A DNA stretch of 34,304 nt, counting the filler, from an uncultured virus (IMG/VR IMGVR_UViG_2049941000_000096) (taxonomy: Duplodnaviria > Heunggongvirae > Uroviricota > Caudoviricetes). It is 13 parts of one record of this genome, joined end to end, with 100 filler letters (N's around TTAATTAATTAA, not from the genome) between each part and the next. Parts side by side here need not be neighbours in the genome. Positions count along the whole stretch, not along the records: positions 8,957 to 22,056 come from IMGVR_UViG_2049941000_000096; positions 22,157 to 23,442 come from IMGVR_UViG_2049941000_000096; 11 more parts are not named here. One strand, 5' to 3'. The notes below the pieces were generated by a model, which worked only from the letters and a program-made list of their open reading frames with translations, had not been told where the DNA came from and did no database searches. A program made the translations under genes and the position numbers. This document shows positions 10,627 to 22,157 of the stretch, piece after piece; position 1 is the first letter of the stretch, and every line of letters starts with the position of its first letter.

Positions 10627-10975
10627 TAATATGGTTCTGAGCTGCTGATAGTGTGCTTCATCTTCTACTGTCCAGGACGCAGTATTATTTATAGCGTTAT
10701 CGTAATGCTGTTGACGTTCAGCCCAGCCTTTACCATAACCTATAAGTTTATTCTGACTCTCATTACTAAGTGCTACAAGAGAATTATATCTATTGATAGC
10801 ATTATTAAGATTTTCAAGATTTTCAGGAGTACGCTGTTTAGAATGAATTTCTTCTAAACGTGTTATTTCATCGTGTGCAAGCTTTATTGTAACATCAAGT
10901 TTTTTACTTCTGGTAAGCTCGTTAGTAATTTTATCTTCATAATATGCTGTGTTTGCAGCACGCTTATTCTCAAGA
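10627..10975 (-). CDS. Misplaced AT-rich coding fragment, probably part of the giant virion protein
   Basis: Open frame LNKRAANTAYYEDKITNELTRSKKLDVTIKLAHDEITRLEE...QQLRTIL flanked by 10-N gaps; composition resembles the giant-protein pieces. Confidence 0.4.
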
Positions 10976-11000
10976 GTAGCTACATGCTCANNNNNNNNNN

Positions 11001-13059
11001 TATAAATATAACACCGTAGTTAGGGTCTGTGGGGTCAGTAACCTGAGAAACTACGTGTTTATACATAGGAACTTTTTCAACATCATCTACTACAAATGCT
11101 GTGTTAAACTTAAGAACTGCAGTACTCAGAAGGTTCACACAGAACTGAACTTCTCTGAACCGTTTCTTCATATCCTCTGCAAAATCTCTGTAGCCAGTAG
11201 CAAGAAGCTGCCAGTTACCAAATGTACATTTGTCTCCACCATCAAGCTTTATATCATCCGCAGGACGCTGTGGATCTGCCTGAATAAGTGAAGCACACAC
11301 AGTATCGGCTGCTGTGTACAGATGAACAAATATATTCTCACCGGTAACTGTGGACTTATAAACACAATCTCTTAAAGGAGTGGTCTCCCAGGTATAGACT
11401 GTCCAAGCCCTAAGTACAGTATCGTAGTTTAAGCTGATGTCGAAATAATAAGTCCTATCAACATCTGCGCCTTCAGATCGCTGCACAGCAACTTTGTATA
11501 TATTCCTTATCTGAGTGTTCGCTATGCATACATTATAATCTACAAAGCTAAGCGATATGGGATTATGATATCCGTCAAAGGATAAATCATAAACCTCATT
11601 GAGTATCTTAGCCAGTGTTGCACTAAGATTATCAAACATCTGCTCAACCATTCTGGACACAGGAGCAAGCTGAACACTGAAGCTGGCATTAAGCTGATTA
11701 TTCGGAACAACCATATAGAAGTAGTTACCAGATTTAAAGTACACCNNNNNNNNNNCCATCATCATTAAGCGTAAGCTTATATAAAGCAGTAGTAGTAAAT
11801 ACCAGAAGTGCTTTCATATAAGGTATAGCGCAGATGATATCATTACTGAATATCTCACAGTTATTAGGATACGGGAAGTACGCAGGATTATTTATCTCAG
11901 AAACAAACAGTGTACTCTTCGCACCATTCACACCCCAAAGTATAAGTCTCTGCTGCCATGTACACATTCCAGTAGCAGTAGTAATATCATAAGCCACAGG
12001 AGCAACATTCAGCATAGAAGTATCTGAAGTGTTTGTCAGATAATAAGAAGCAAGTGTTGTTACCTGGTTAGGTGTAAGGTTATCATCCTTAGTAACGAGC
12101 TTCTGAAGAACTTCGTCCTGTTCCCAGGCAGCATCCTGTGCATCCATCTCAGACTTCTTATAAAGCCTGACGATTATTGAGAAAGTCTTATAAGTAGGTG
12201 TATATGCAAAAGTAATATCTGCACCAGGTGTGTATTCTGTAGACCCACGTACTTTCTGAATAACCTGGGCATTAGAGTTACTGTCTAAGTCCTGAATCTC
12301 CCACTGTACAAGATATTTATCACTGTTATCTACATCAATTTGAGGATACTTGTAGAATAACTTAAATACCATAGGTGTGCCAGCTCTTGCTGTGAGCAGA
12401 AGATTTCCAGATTCATCATAAGGAAGAACTCCTGTAAGCTGTATCGCACCGGTAGCTGACACAGTATTTGTAAATGTGTAAGGATTAGCCTTAAGCATAT
12501 TGTACCCATAGTTCATAGCCTGTGTAGGCTGAACTTCATGAGGAGCAATGGATTCAATATGCCATGTAAATGCTGTGCCATCCTGATTAAGCTTCATATA
12601 TATTCTGCCAAGCTTATACTCGTTAAGGAGAGTTTTAACCAAGACATAGGTGTTTCCTTCTAAGGAGGCATGCAGACCATCACGGGCAGTTGGATGATCC
12701 GTATATAAATCCTGCATTTGTAGAATACTGGGTTTTACGAGTAACGAACCTGTCAGTGCGTTTTGTGCAGTCGTATCATACGCTGCAACAAGGTAGTGGT
12801 TATTATATTCAAGCATAAGCTTGGCAGTAGCAATATCGGAATTCTTACACAGAATAAAGTAATTGCACAGATATGCATCTGTTTCTGCGTAATTAGAAAC
12901 ATACGCAGCATCCGCATGGTGTACGAAATAATCCATATTCGTACCAGTGCTTATAGATGCTACGTTGCTGTGTATGTCATGAAATCCGCCACGAGGAACA
13001 AGAGATGTTCCATCATTCTTAAGGTCAAAGTTTATAAGAGCCTTAGCGTATCCTGATGG
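11001..13059 (-). CDS. Podoviral tail tubular/nozzle (DNA-stabilisation-like, beta-propeller) protein, gapped
   Basis: N-terminal piece NFDLKNDGTSLVPRGG; WQQRLILWG...TLFVSEINNPAYFP...LLVFTTTALYKL; C-terminal YDTVLRAWTVY...KKRFREVQF. It lies after the adaptor gene. Confidence 0.7.
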
Positions 13060-13436
13060 NNNNNNNNNNNNNNNNNNNNNNNNNNNNNNNNNNNNNNNNN
13101 NNNNNNNNNNNNNNNNNNNNNNNNNNNNNNNNNNNNNNNNNNNNNNNNNNNNNNNNNNNNNNNNNNNNNNNNNNNNNNNNNNNNNNNNNNNNNNNNNNNN
13201 NNNNNNNNNNNNNNNNNNNNNNNNNNNNNNNNNNNNNNNNNNNNNNNNNNNNNNNNNNNNNNNNNNNNNNNNNNNNNNNNNNNNNNNNNNNNNNNNNNNN
13301 NNNNNNNNNNNNNNNNNNNNNNNNNNNNNNNNNNNNNNNNNNNNNNNNNNNNNNNNNNNNNNNNNNNNNNNNNNNNNNNNNNNNNNNNNNNNNNNNNNNN
13401 NNNNNNNNNNNNNNNNNNNNNNNNNNNNNNNNNNNN

Positions 13437-14633
13437 AATACCATTAAATGCTGTGCTGATAGCTGTACTTATATCAGAAGAATCTGCCTTACCACTCCAA
13501 GCAGTCTTCTCAGTATCAGTAACAAGTCTATGTGTAGCATCATCATTAAGGTCAGCAAGATCATCAGGTATTGTAGGCAGACCTGAAAGGTCGCCGTACG
13601 CTCCACTTGTAGCTACTGAAGCCAGAGATGAACTGTCAGCTTTTCCTGCAACAGCTGTCTGAAGAGCTGAGATATTATCAGCATTAGCTTTACCCTTACT
13701 ACCTTCATATGCTGTGCCTGCTGTTTCACCAAGAACAAGTCCTGCATCAAGCTGTGCGTACGCAGAACCACCCCAACGATAAGTTTTATTGGTAGCAAGG
13801 TCAGTATATATCTTACTAGCTTCAGGAGTAATCTCCGTTTCAAAGGTAGATTCCTCATAGAACTTACCATCAATTGCGTTATAGTATCCTTCAACTACAT
13901 CATCAACATAGCTTGGAAGTTCAGTAGCAGGAACTTTACCATTTACAAGACTTGCCTTAGCCGCTAAGTCAGTGTTCAGCTTACTTGAAGACCATGTAGT
14001 GTACAGCGATACTTCATCATCCTGTATTACTTCACTACCGAGGTCTGCATAATACTTGGCATTGTTATGATATGTCGGATCTGTAGATGGTACAGGAACA
14101 CCATTACGTTCACCAACTGCCCAGGCTTCTGCATCCTGCTCATTCTGCTGTGCATCCAGAACAGACTGAGCGGCTGCGCCTGCTGAACCAGCAGCAGCAT
14201 CTTTACTGTTACTGGCAGCTAAAGCAGACTGTGAAGCAGCGGTAGCTGAAGATGAGGCAGCACTGGCGTACCCTAAAGCGTCCTGTGCATACCCCGAAGC
14301 TGTAGAAGCATAACCAGATGCTTCTAAAGCAGAACCAGCAGCAGCTTCAGCAGCGTCTTCACAAGCTTCTTTAGTCTGTGCAAGACCACCTACCTGTCCC
14401 CAAAAGAACGCCTGACTAAGCTCCACAGCAGAAGTCTTATAATCTTCAAGGGCTCTGTGTATAACTCCACTGGTACAATGCTTATCACTGCGCAGTGTAG
14501 GATATCTATCATATTCAAGTGCTTCCTGCTTAGCATTCCAGTATGCACGTTCTACATCTGTAACACCATAAGCAGGAATAACTACAGGGTCATTTATTAC
14601 TTCAGGTTCTTTATAGTTCCTATCCCAACGCAT
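13437..14633 (-). CDS. Tail fibre/spike-like protein (3' truncated)
   Basis: Ala/Ser-rich stalk, AEAWAVG...HNNAKYYA, TWSSSKL, NGKVPATELPSYVDDVVE...KTYRWGGSAY and LASVATSGAYGDLSGLPTIP; all are recurrent phage fibre motifs. Confidence 0.75.
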
Positions 14634-14642
14634 AGCAACCTC

Positions 14643-15077
14643 CTACTCTATATCTACAACAAGACCACGATCACCAAAGATATCATTCTCAGGATCTCCT
14701 ACAATAAATCCCTGGTTATCGTCATCCTGATATTCTTCAGGAATCTTGTACAGCATATCCCGCTGCATAATAAATTTGCCATTCTCAAAATCAGCAAGAT
14801 ACTGAGGAGCTGTCTGAAGTCCTTCTTCATCCATAACATAGAAGTGCCATGCAGCTCCCGGTATAACTACAGTCCTGATGTATTTATCGGGAAAATAATC
14901 ATACACAGCATCATATGTGTCTATAACAGGAAGATCTGAGAACACAGGATAAGTTGTGTTAAGCTTTGCATTTATCCCATCTACTGCGGCATCTAAATGC
15001 GGCAGCATCTCTTTAAGGGATAGTGTTTCGCCAGCAAGGGCTTCATTGAAAAGCTTTTGAATCTGTGTAATTAACAT
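14643..15077 (-). CDS. Head-to-tail adaptor/connector-like protein
   Basis: Complete 144-aa helical ORF two genes after the capsid; LDAAVDGINAKL...FPDKYIRTVVIPGAAWHFYVMDEE. Confidence 0.6.
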   Translation of the reverse strand: MLITQIQKLFNEALAGETLSLKEMLPHLDAAVDGINAKLNTTYPVFSDLPVIDTYDAVYDYFPDKYIRTVVIPGAAWHFYVMDEEGLQTAPQYLADFENGKFIMQRDMLYKIPEEYQDDDNQGFIVGDPENDIFGDRGLVVDIE

Positions 15078-15090
15078 GGGCTTTCTCCAA

Positions 15091-15122
15091 TAATAAAGGG
15101 GCTGAACTTATGTCCAGCCCCC
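15091..15122 (-). terminator. Intrinsic terminator after the capsid operon
   Basis: Minus strand GGGGCTGGAC-ATAA-GTTCAGCCCC followed by TTTATTA. Confidence 0.8.
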
Positions 15123-15128
15123 TTCAGC

Positions 15129-15530
15129 TTAAACCTTCTTAATCAAATCCCGTTCGCCTGCGTACGATTCGATGTTATCAGATATTGCTGACATCCTTTT
15201 CCGCATGTTTATCTGCTCATCAATTCTGGATATCCTATCCATAAATACTGCTGCGAACGATTCAGGAATCTCATACTGCTGTCCATCCAACGGAACATAT
15301 ATAGCGATACCATTTATGATTATCGGCATATTGTTTCCGAAATACGGACGGTACATCGGGGAACCCTGTACAGGAACTTTAGGTTCATTCTTGTAGATAT
15401 CTACAAGTCTCCTGTTCTGTGCCTGACGCTGGTTCACCTTCACAGTGAGCTCCGCATTCATAGCGGCTGTGTCTACTACGGGTTCGGTAGCGTCTACCGA
15501 AAACGCAGTCTTAGTTTTTCTTGCTGCCAT
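15129..15530 (-). CDS. Hypothetical protein following the major capsid gene
   Basis: Start MAARK at 15530 after GAAAGGAAAG; motif IIINGIAIYVPLDGQQYEIPESFA. Confidence 0.7.
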   Translation of the reverse strand: MAARKTKTAFSVDATEPVVDTAAMNAELTVKVNQRQAQNRRLVDIYKNEPKVPVQGSPMYRPYFGNNMPIIINGIAIYVPLDGQQYEIPESFAAVFMDRISRIDEQINMRKRMSAISDNIESYAGERDLIKKV

Positions 15531-15572
15531 CTTTGTACTTTCCTTTCGTGGGTTAGTACCCACCAGCCCAAC

Positions 15573-16859
15573 TTACACGTTGAGCTGAGTAGGTACGTTG
15601 ATGTAATCTACAACTGCTTCTGTTCTTACTGAACCGAAACCTACGCTGTTGATCTTGAATCCGATGGACTGACGCTGGTCGATAGGATCGAGTACGCCTG
15701 TAGAGCCGAGAGGCTTTACATACATCTTAGCGTTACCTTCGCCTGCAAGACCTGTCCTAGCCAGTGCATCCTTACCAAGAATAAGCGAATGCTGGAACTT
15801 CAGAAGTGAAGAGCCTGTATCAAGCAGAGTTGCTGCGCCTGCATCATAATCGGTATGTGCAGGAATATAAGATGCAGCCTTTCCTGTACGAGAATCATTC
15901 TCATATCCTGCTGCGATTGCAGCTGCAGCTGCTGTACACTCAGTCTCCTTGAATACGAAGTAAGTGCTGTCAGCAGTAACTGTGGTATAATCCTGATCCG
16001 GGAACTGCTCTACTGTGTAACCAGACTTGGTAGGAGCTACATAGCCACCACCTGACGATACAGCATTAAGGATCTGATACTGGATGAAGTACATCTTATT
16101 GTCTGCCTTCTTGTACGTGCAAGTCGTAGGACAATTCATTACCTCATAGAACTCGAATCCAAACAGAGGGATAAGAGTGCCGTTATCATAGATCTGTGCT
16201 GTAGTCTGGTTTATCTTCATGTAGTTCTGGATATACTCATCATCAAGCATATCGTAAACGAACTCAGGAGATACAAGTACATGGAATCTACCGTTTGAAC
16301 GAGGCTTAACGAGCTGCTTCTTAAGAGACAGTCCGATAAGTCTGAGGTCAGCGATCTCGGGCTTAGACCAAAGCCTAAGTGCTCCAGCGTTAGCTGCGCC
16401 ACCTGCGAAGAACTTCTGTGCAACTGTAAGCAGTGTGTGCTGTGCAAGAAGATCAAGAGTCTCGATAGCTACGATTGAATACTCCTTAGAGTAATGTGCA
16501 ACAACCGGGTCAACTACCTTGAAGTCTACCTTATCGGTGAACTCCATGTAACGACCATACTGGTCTGCCTGCATTTCGTACTTCTCTACCGAACCCTTAT
16601 CTGATACGGGAGGTACACCTTCCTGAAGCGGTACAGTGTGTGCGCGAAGAGGAGCCCACCTACGAACCGTAAGCTTATCAGCTTTCTCCTGAATAGGCAT
16701 CTCATCTGCATACCTGTAGTAAGAATACTCATTTGCATCAAGCCTGATTGTATCTAACAGCTGCTTGCTGTAGAATATCTCAGGTGCGATCATGCCTGCG
16801 CCATAATCATTGACCCAGTTTACAACCGCATTAATGTCTGCTGTTGAATTAAGATACAT
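15573..16859 (-). CDS. Major capsid protein, N4-gp56 family (HK97 fold)
   Basis: FYSKQLL, PLQEGVPP, QYGRYMEFTD and C-terminal KPLGSTGVLDPIDQRQSIGFK (GSxGxxDPLxQRxxxGWK signature). Complete 428-aa ORF with RBS GGAGG. Confidence 0.92.
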   Translation of the reverse strand: MYLNSTADINAVVNWVNDYGAGMIAPEIFYSKQLLDTIRLDANEYSYYRYADEMPIQEKADKLTVRRWAPLRAHTVPLQEGVPPVSDKGSVEKYEMQADQYGRYMEFTDKVDFKVVDPVVAHYSKEYSIVAIETLDLLAQHTLLTVAQKFFAGGAANAGALRLWSKPEIADLRLIGLSLKKQLVKPRSNGRFHVLVSPEFVYDMLDDEYIQNYMKINQTTAQIYDNGTLIPLFGFEFYEVMNCPTTCTYKKADNKMYFIQYQILNAVSSGGGYVAPTKSGYTVEQFPDQDYTTVTADSTYFVFKETECTAAAAAIAAGYENDSRTGKAASYIPAHTDYDAGAATLLDTGSSLLKFQHSLILGKDALARTGLAGEGNAKMYVKPLGSTGVLDPIDQRQSIGFKINSVGFGSVRTEAVVDYINVPTQLNV

Positions 16860-16895
16860 AACGTTTTCCTCCTATAATAGTTTGTGTTTGTTAGT

Positions 16896-17590
16896 TTATA
16901 CTTTCACATCGTTCAGCAACGCTGTAAGCCCTGCCACGGTTGAAATCTTCTGAGGTTCACCGCCTGAGCCACCCTGTTGCTGAGTAGGTGTTGAACTTGA
17001 CTGGTTAGCCGNNNNNNNNNNAATGGATTCTTTCCTGCCTGGTCTAACTCTACAGCAAACTGTTTTAGCTGCTCCTGTGTAAGACCGTAGGTATCCATGA
17101 CCTTCTGAAATCCTATGGCTGCAGTATCCCTGCGCTGCTGCGCTTTGAACTGCTCACTATCCCGACGAAGCGCTTCAAGTTCCTGAAGGATTTCTACCGG
17201 AACGTTCTGACGCTGTGCCATCTTCTGTATGGCATCGTCATTGAGCTTAGCTACCAAGTCCTTAGAATCAGAGTAATCGACCCCATTTGCTTTTGCAACT
17301 TTCCCAAGAAGTTCTGTAAGCTGGTTGATCTCCGTACGCATCTTTCCGAATGCGAAGTTCCGCTTGTCTTCTGCTGAAAGCTGCTGCTTCTGAGCCTCTT
17401 CTGATTCATTGGAATTCTGCGCCCCCTCAGTATCTTCATCACCCTGGGATTCATCTCCCGCTGGTGGTGTTTCGGGTGGTGTGCCTGCTTCCATCTTATC
17501 TAAAAGACTGTCAAGCGCCTCCATCCCTGATGGTTCATTACCCTCATCGGACGCAGCATATGGAGTAACGAACAACATGCTTTTGCTCAT
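16896..17590 (-). CDS. Capsid scaffolding protein (gapped)
   Basis: Acidic low-complexity N-terminus, NFAFGKMR, coiled coil, C-terminus ...GGSGGEPQKISTVAGLTALLNDVKV*. It lies directly upstream of the capsid gene. Confidence 0.8.
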
Positions 17591-17682
17591 ACAAACCGTT
17601 TCCTTTCTTTGTGTGGTGCGGCTGTCACCAACAAACACATCCTATTATAATATGGGGAGGATGGACAACCTCTGTTATCTTT

Positions 17683-17711
17683 ACTGTACAACAGTGGATT
17701 AAACTTGTCAA
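17683..17711 (-). promoter_or_regulatory. Sigma70/sigmaA-type promoter for the scaffold-capsid operon
   Basis: TTGACA (17711-17706), 17-nt spacer, TACAGT (17688-17683), immediately after the portal terminator. Confidence 0.6.
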
Positions 17712-17720
17712 TATCTAAAT

Positions 17721-17759
17721 AAAATAAAACACACCAGGAGTCGCGAACCTGGTGTGTTT
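17721..17759 (-). terminator. Intrinsic terminator after the portal gene
   Basis: 12-bp inverted repeat AAACACACCAGG/CCTGGTGTGTTT with a T-rich tail (TTTTATTTTATTT) on the minus strand. Confidence 0.85.
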
Positions 17760-17823
17760 CACTTGGAGTGGCAGAAATCTATGTCGGAAAATCAATACCA
17801 ACTACACTTATTATAACACAGGA

Positions 17824-19701
17824 TTACATCATTGGCAACATGGTTCCACCCTGTTCAAGCTGATTCATCTGTTCCTGTACAGCATTATCTCCACCAGGCT
17901 GTGCCTGTCTAGCCATAGTGTCAGCTGTAGCAGCAATAGCTTCTTCAGGAGCAACGCCATTGTCAACAAGCCCTGCGTACTGTGTAACAACCTGAGATAC
18001 CATAGTAACCCAGTTCTGTGAACGCTGTACACCCATACGCTCCTGCATGTACTCACGCATGGGAAGGTCCTGCATCATCAGCCATTCCTCAGGAGTTATA
18101 AGGTCTACGTCAATACCCTGTCCCTGATACTGCATCTGCATCTCCATNNNNNNNNNNNNNNNNNNNNNNNNNNNNNNNNNNNNNNNNNNNNNNNNNNNNN
18201 NNNNNNNNNNNNNNNNNNNNNNNNNNNNNNNNNNNNNNNNNNNNNNATTAGCAAGGAATCCCATAGACTGCACTGCCTGCTGTGTAGGCTGAGGGAANNN
18301 NNNNNNNTCTGGACTTATTCTTAGGAAGCTCTGAAGAGATCGCCATCTCGTAACTGAATATCGTATCGGGATCAAGCTTAGGGAAATCTATGGTAACAGT
18401 TTTCCACTCCAGTGTACGAGGATTCTGAATGAAGTAGCTGCGCTCCCAGGAATATGTAAGGAGGTTTGTTACTATAAGATAAGTAAGCCTCTTACAATAA
18501 CGCTCGTAATTTTCAACCTTGGGCGCATCAATCATAGTAACCTGGTCAAGCATATTCTCGATACCACCGGTCGTAAGAACAGATCCTGTGTCACGCCCAG
18601 TGTACCGGTCATCTACACCTGTTATGGATTTCACATCGTTAGCAAGGAATCCCATAGACTGCACTGCCTGCTGTGTAGGCTGAGGGAACTGCTGGTAATG
18701 TACAGCCTTCGATGCATCTCCCTGTACGATGAAGGTACGGTCAGCATCGTTACCATGCTTAACGAATGTGGCTACGTTAATACCAGACTGTCCGTTTACA
18801 AACCTGGGAGGACGCTGGTTCTTATATTCACTCGTCAGGATTATTGAAGACATTATATTGTACGCAAGGTTATTGCTGAATATCTTTGCACACTCGGATG
18901 TTCCGAACAAATCTCCTGCAGGAAGATTACAGTACAGCTCAGCGAACGGGAATGTTGCAGGCTTGATATCCTGCTTGCACAGTAGCACGTACTCATTGTT
19001 CACAAGATGTATCTCGTGTATCTTCCCATCCTTATTTACCCAGTAAGAGTAAATGGTGTAGTAACCCTTCTTGCCCTGTGCAGACTTAGATACATGGTCA
19101 GTATTCATGGTAATCATATCGCCTGTGGCATCGTGAGNNNNNNNNNNCACCATGCTGCTGTGTCAATATCCTTGGCAAACGGATCCCTCATAAACTTCAG
19201 CGGGTCAATGTTCTTAAGAACTACTTCACCCTTCCTGAACGCATCTCCTGTCCCAATTATGATATTATTATCCCAACCTACCTGGGTGATACCGTAATTA
19301 AGAAGTGCTGCACGCTCTCCTGCCTGCATCTGATATCCTGCAATATCCAGTGTACCCCAAAGGTTATCCATAGCTATGTTCAGCTGCTCTACGATATCCT
19401 TATCCTTATCAGATGTAGGAATAAGCTTAGCTGACTTACCTACTGTGTAGATTGAAGCCAGTATATTATTCTTAACATAAGACACATAATTGGTATCAGG
19501 CAAAATCTGATACTTAGGAAAAGCAGCACGTACAGCTTCCCATAGTTTACCCCTGTCCGTAGCGTCGAGCTTTCTCGCTCTGCGCTGTGCAGCAGAATAC
19601 TCAGACTTACCAATATTGAAATGCTCAGTAAGTTTTTCAATGGTGATACCCTCAGGTAGTCCATTCTTATTCACATCCTTATCCTTACCTGCCATCGTCA
19701 T
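17824..19701 (-). CDS. Portal protein, podoviral (P22-like), gapped
   Basis: AALLNYGITQVGWD, IDPLKFMRDP, FPFAELY, DVKSITGVDD...TGG, and a Gln/Met-rich C-terminal barrel. It lies between the terminase and scaffold genes. Confidence 0.88.
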
Positions 19702-19927
19702 TATCCTCCATTATCCCTGTGAACTCCTTATTAATAAACTCAATAACATCCTGGAAGTCGGGTGCTTTATCTTTCTCAGCTTCCTCATATGCTTTCTCAA
19801 GGTCTTCCTGAGAAACTGTTGGCTGCTGTACAGAAATTTCCGGTTTAAAAGATCTTGCTAATATTTGAGTACACAGCAGAACTGTGCCACATATAATAGT
19901 TGTACATATAATAGCTGTCATTACCAT
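19685..19927 (-). CDS. Small protein with an N-terminal hydrophobic segment
   Basis: 80 aa, MTAIICTTIICGTVLLCTQILA followed by an acidic tail; overlaps the terminase stop and the portal start. Confidence 0.65.
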   Translation of the reverse strand: MVMTAIICTTIICGTVLLCTQILARSFKPEISVQQPTVSQEDLEKAYEEAEKDKAPDFQDVIEFINKEFTGIMEDNDDGR

Positions 19928-21091
19928 TCCGTCCTTTCATAAGGTTCAACAATAGGTTCATCATCTCTCAGCTGAGGCNNNNNNNNNNNNNNNNNNNNNN
20001 NNNNNNNNNNNNNNNNNNNNNNNNNNNNNNNNNNNNNNNNNNNNNNNNNNNNNNNNNNNNNNNNNNNNNNNNNNNNNNNNNNNNNNNNNNNNNNNNNNNN
20101 NNNNNNNNNNNNNNNNNNNNNNNNNNNNNNNNNNNNNNNNNNNNNNNNNNNNNNNNNNNNNNNNNNNNNNNNNNNNNNNNNNNNNNNNNNNNNNNNNNNN
20201 NNNNNNNNNNNNNNNNNNNNNNNNNNNNNNNNNNNNNNNNNNNNNNNNNNNNNNNNNNNNNNNNNNNNNNNNNNNNNNNNNNNNNNNNNNNNNNNNNNNN
20301 NNNNNNNNNNNNNNNNNNNNNNNNNNNNNNNNNNNNNNNNNNNNNNNNNNNNNNNNNNNNNNNNNNNNNNNNNNNNNNNNNNNNNNNNNNNNNNNNNNNN
20401 NNNNNNNNNNNNNNNNNNNNNNNNNNNNNNNNNNNNNNNNNNNNNNNNNNNNNNNNNNNNNNNNNNNNNNNNNNNNNNNNNNNNNNNNNNNNNNNNNNNN
20501 NNCGGTGCACACCACATCCCGCCAACAGGAATGTCCTGTGTCTCAGCATAGAAGAGCTTAGACAACTCCTCAATGTTCTTGTTGTTAGTAACGCTCTCTT
20601 TATAGATTACAACCTTGCCATGTTGTTCGTCAATAGCTGCAAACAAATAAACAAAGTCATCACTCAGTCCGTAGTCAGCCGCAACAATCCGCTTCCATTC
20701 CTTAGGAATGTCGTAGTGCGGAACAATGCAATTCCCAGCCGCAGGGTAAACCAGTCCCTCAGCATAGGAAAAGCTGGAGAAAATGTAACGGTTTATCCAC
20801 CAGCCGGGTTTGTTCTTGCACAGCGTTTCAATAAAGTTCGGTGGCAGGAACGCATTGCAATTNNNNNNNNNNTAAGGTTGTAGGAACGGAGCTTGTCAAC
20901 ATCATCAAGGGGTCTGAACATGATCCTGGCTCCGTTAATAAGGTCGATGTAAGACTTCTGGGTATTAATGTACTTGACAAGAGCCTTGGGGAGGTCAGAC
21001 TCGATATCTCGTTTGATGGTTTGTTCGTACTGAGAACTAACGTTTGCTCCAATGAGAACATTGGCGTTGGGAGTGATGAACACGTGTTTAT
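19921..21091 (-). CDS. terL: Terminase large subunit (fragments)
   Basis: ATPase part LINGARIMFRPLDDVDKLRSYNL; NAFLPPNFI...EGLVYP; nuclease motif WKRIVAADYGLSDDFVYLFAAID. It lies upstream of the portal gene. Confidence 0.88.
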
Positions 21092-22157
21092 NNNNNNNNN
21101 NNNNNNNNNNNNNNNNNNNNNNNNNNNNNNNNNNNNNNNNNNNNNNNNNNNNNNNNNNNNNNNNNNNNNNNNNNNNNNNNNNNNNNNNNNNNNNNNNNNN
21201 NNNNNNNNNNNNNNNNNNNNNNNNNNNNNNNNNNNNNNNNNNNNNNNNNNNNNNNNNNNNNNNNNNNNNNNNNNNNNNNNNNNNNNNNNNNNNNNNNNNN
21301 NNNNNNNNNNNNNNNNNNNNNNNNNNNNNNNNNNNNNNNNNNNNNNNNNNNNNNNNNNNNNNNNNNNNNNNNNNNNNNNNNNNNNNNNNNNNNNNNNNNN
21401 NNNNNNNNNNNNNNNNNNNNNNNNNNNNNNNNNNNNNNNNNNNNNNNNNNNNNNNNNNNNNNNNNNNNNNNNNNNNNNNNNNNNNNNNNNNNNNNNNNNN
21501 NNNNNNNNNNNNNNNNNNNNNNNNNNNNNNNNNNNNNNNNNNNNNNNNNNNNNNNNNNNNNNNNNNNNNNNNNNNNNNNNNNNNNNNNNNNNNNNNNNNN
21601 NNTAAACCTTAATCCTTTTTGTTTTTATGAAAAAATTGATGGATGGTTACTGGTGCGCAAAAAGAACAAACAACAACAGAGGGGGCTTATATTATATCAT
21701 CACGTAGTGGTATATTTACCGGTTTTAAAACCCACCCCTCTTCTACGACCACGACTACGCCCCCTACGTACGCCACGCGCATCCATGCGCGAGGGCTGAC
21801 ATCTGCCATACTACTCCTTGCCCACCCACCGCCCTAATATCGCGACCGGTCTCAGCCCGGTCGAAGGTTCCCCACCACGTAGTTAGTTAGTTAGTTACTT
21901 CATTGACTCCGTTAGTCAACGATGTGCCCCACCACTTTATCGTTGAATAACGCACGTTATCTCAAAAACCCCATATTTTGTGACAAAACTTTCGGACTCG
22001 AACATACGTTAGATATTTTCTCTGCTCCTCTCTTTTATAAATTTTTTTCTTGTTGTNNNNNNNNNNNNNNNNNNNNNNNNNNNNNNNNNNNNNNNNNNNN
22101 TTAATTAATTAANNNNNNNNNNNNNNNNNNNNNNNNNNNNNNNNNNNNNNNNNNNNG

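Noticed and set aside
18248..18297. Exact 50-nt duplicate of 18639-18688 in the portal gene, considered as a DGR TR/VR pair
   Set aside because: It is isolated between N gaps, identical, with only a synonymous flanking difference (AAT versus AAC). That indicates an assembly bubble; there is no adenine-specific variation and the RT is not DGR-type.
21643..21837. 64-aa ORF in the non-coding region, and the many short antisense ORFs in the track
   Set aside because: They lack an RBS and have low-complexity or atypical composition; most are shadows of well-supported genes on the opposite strand.
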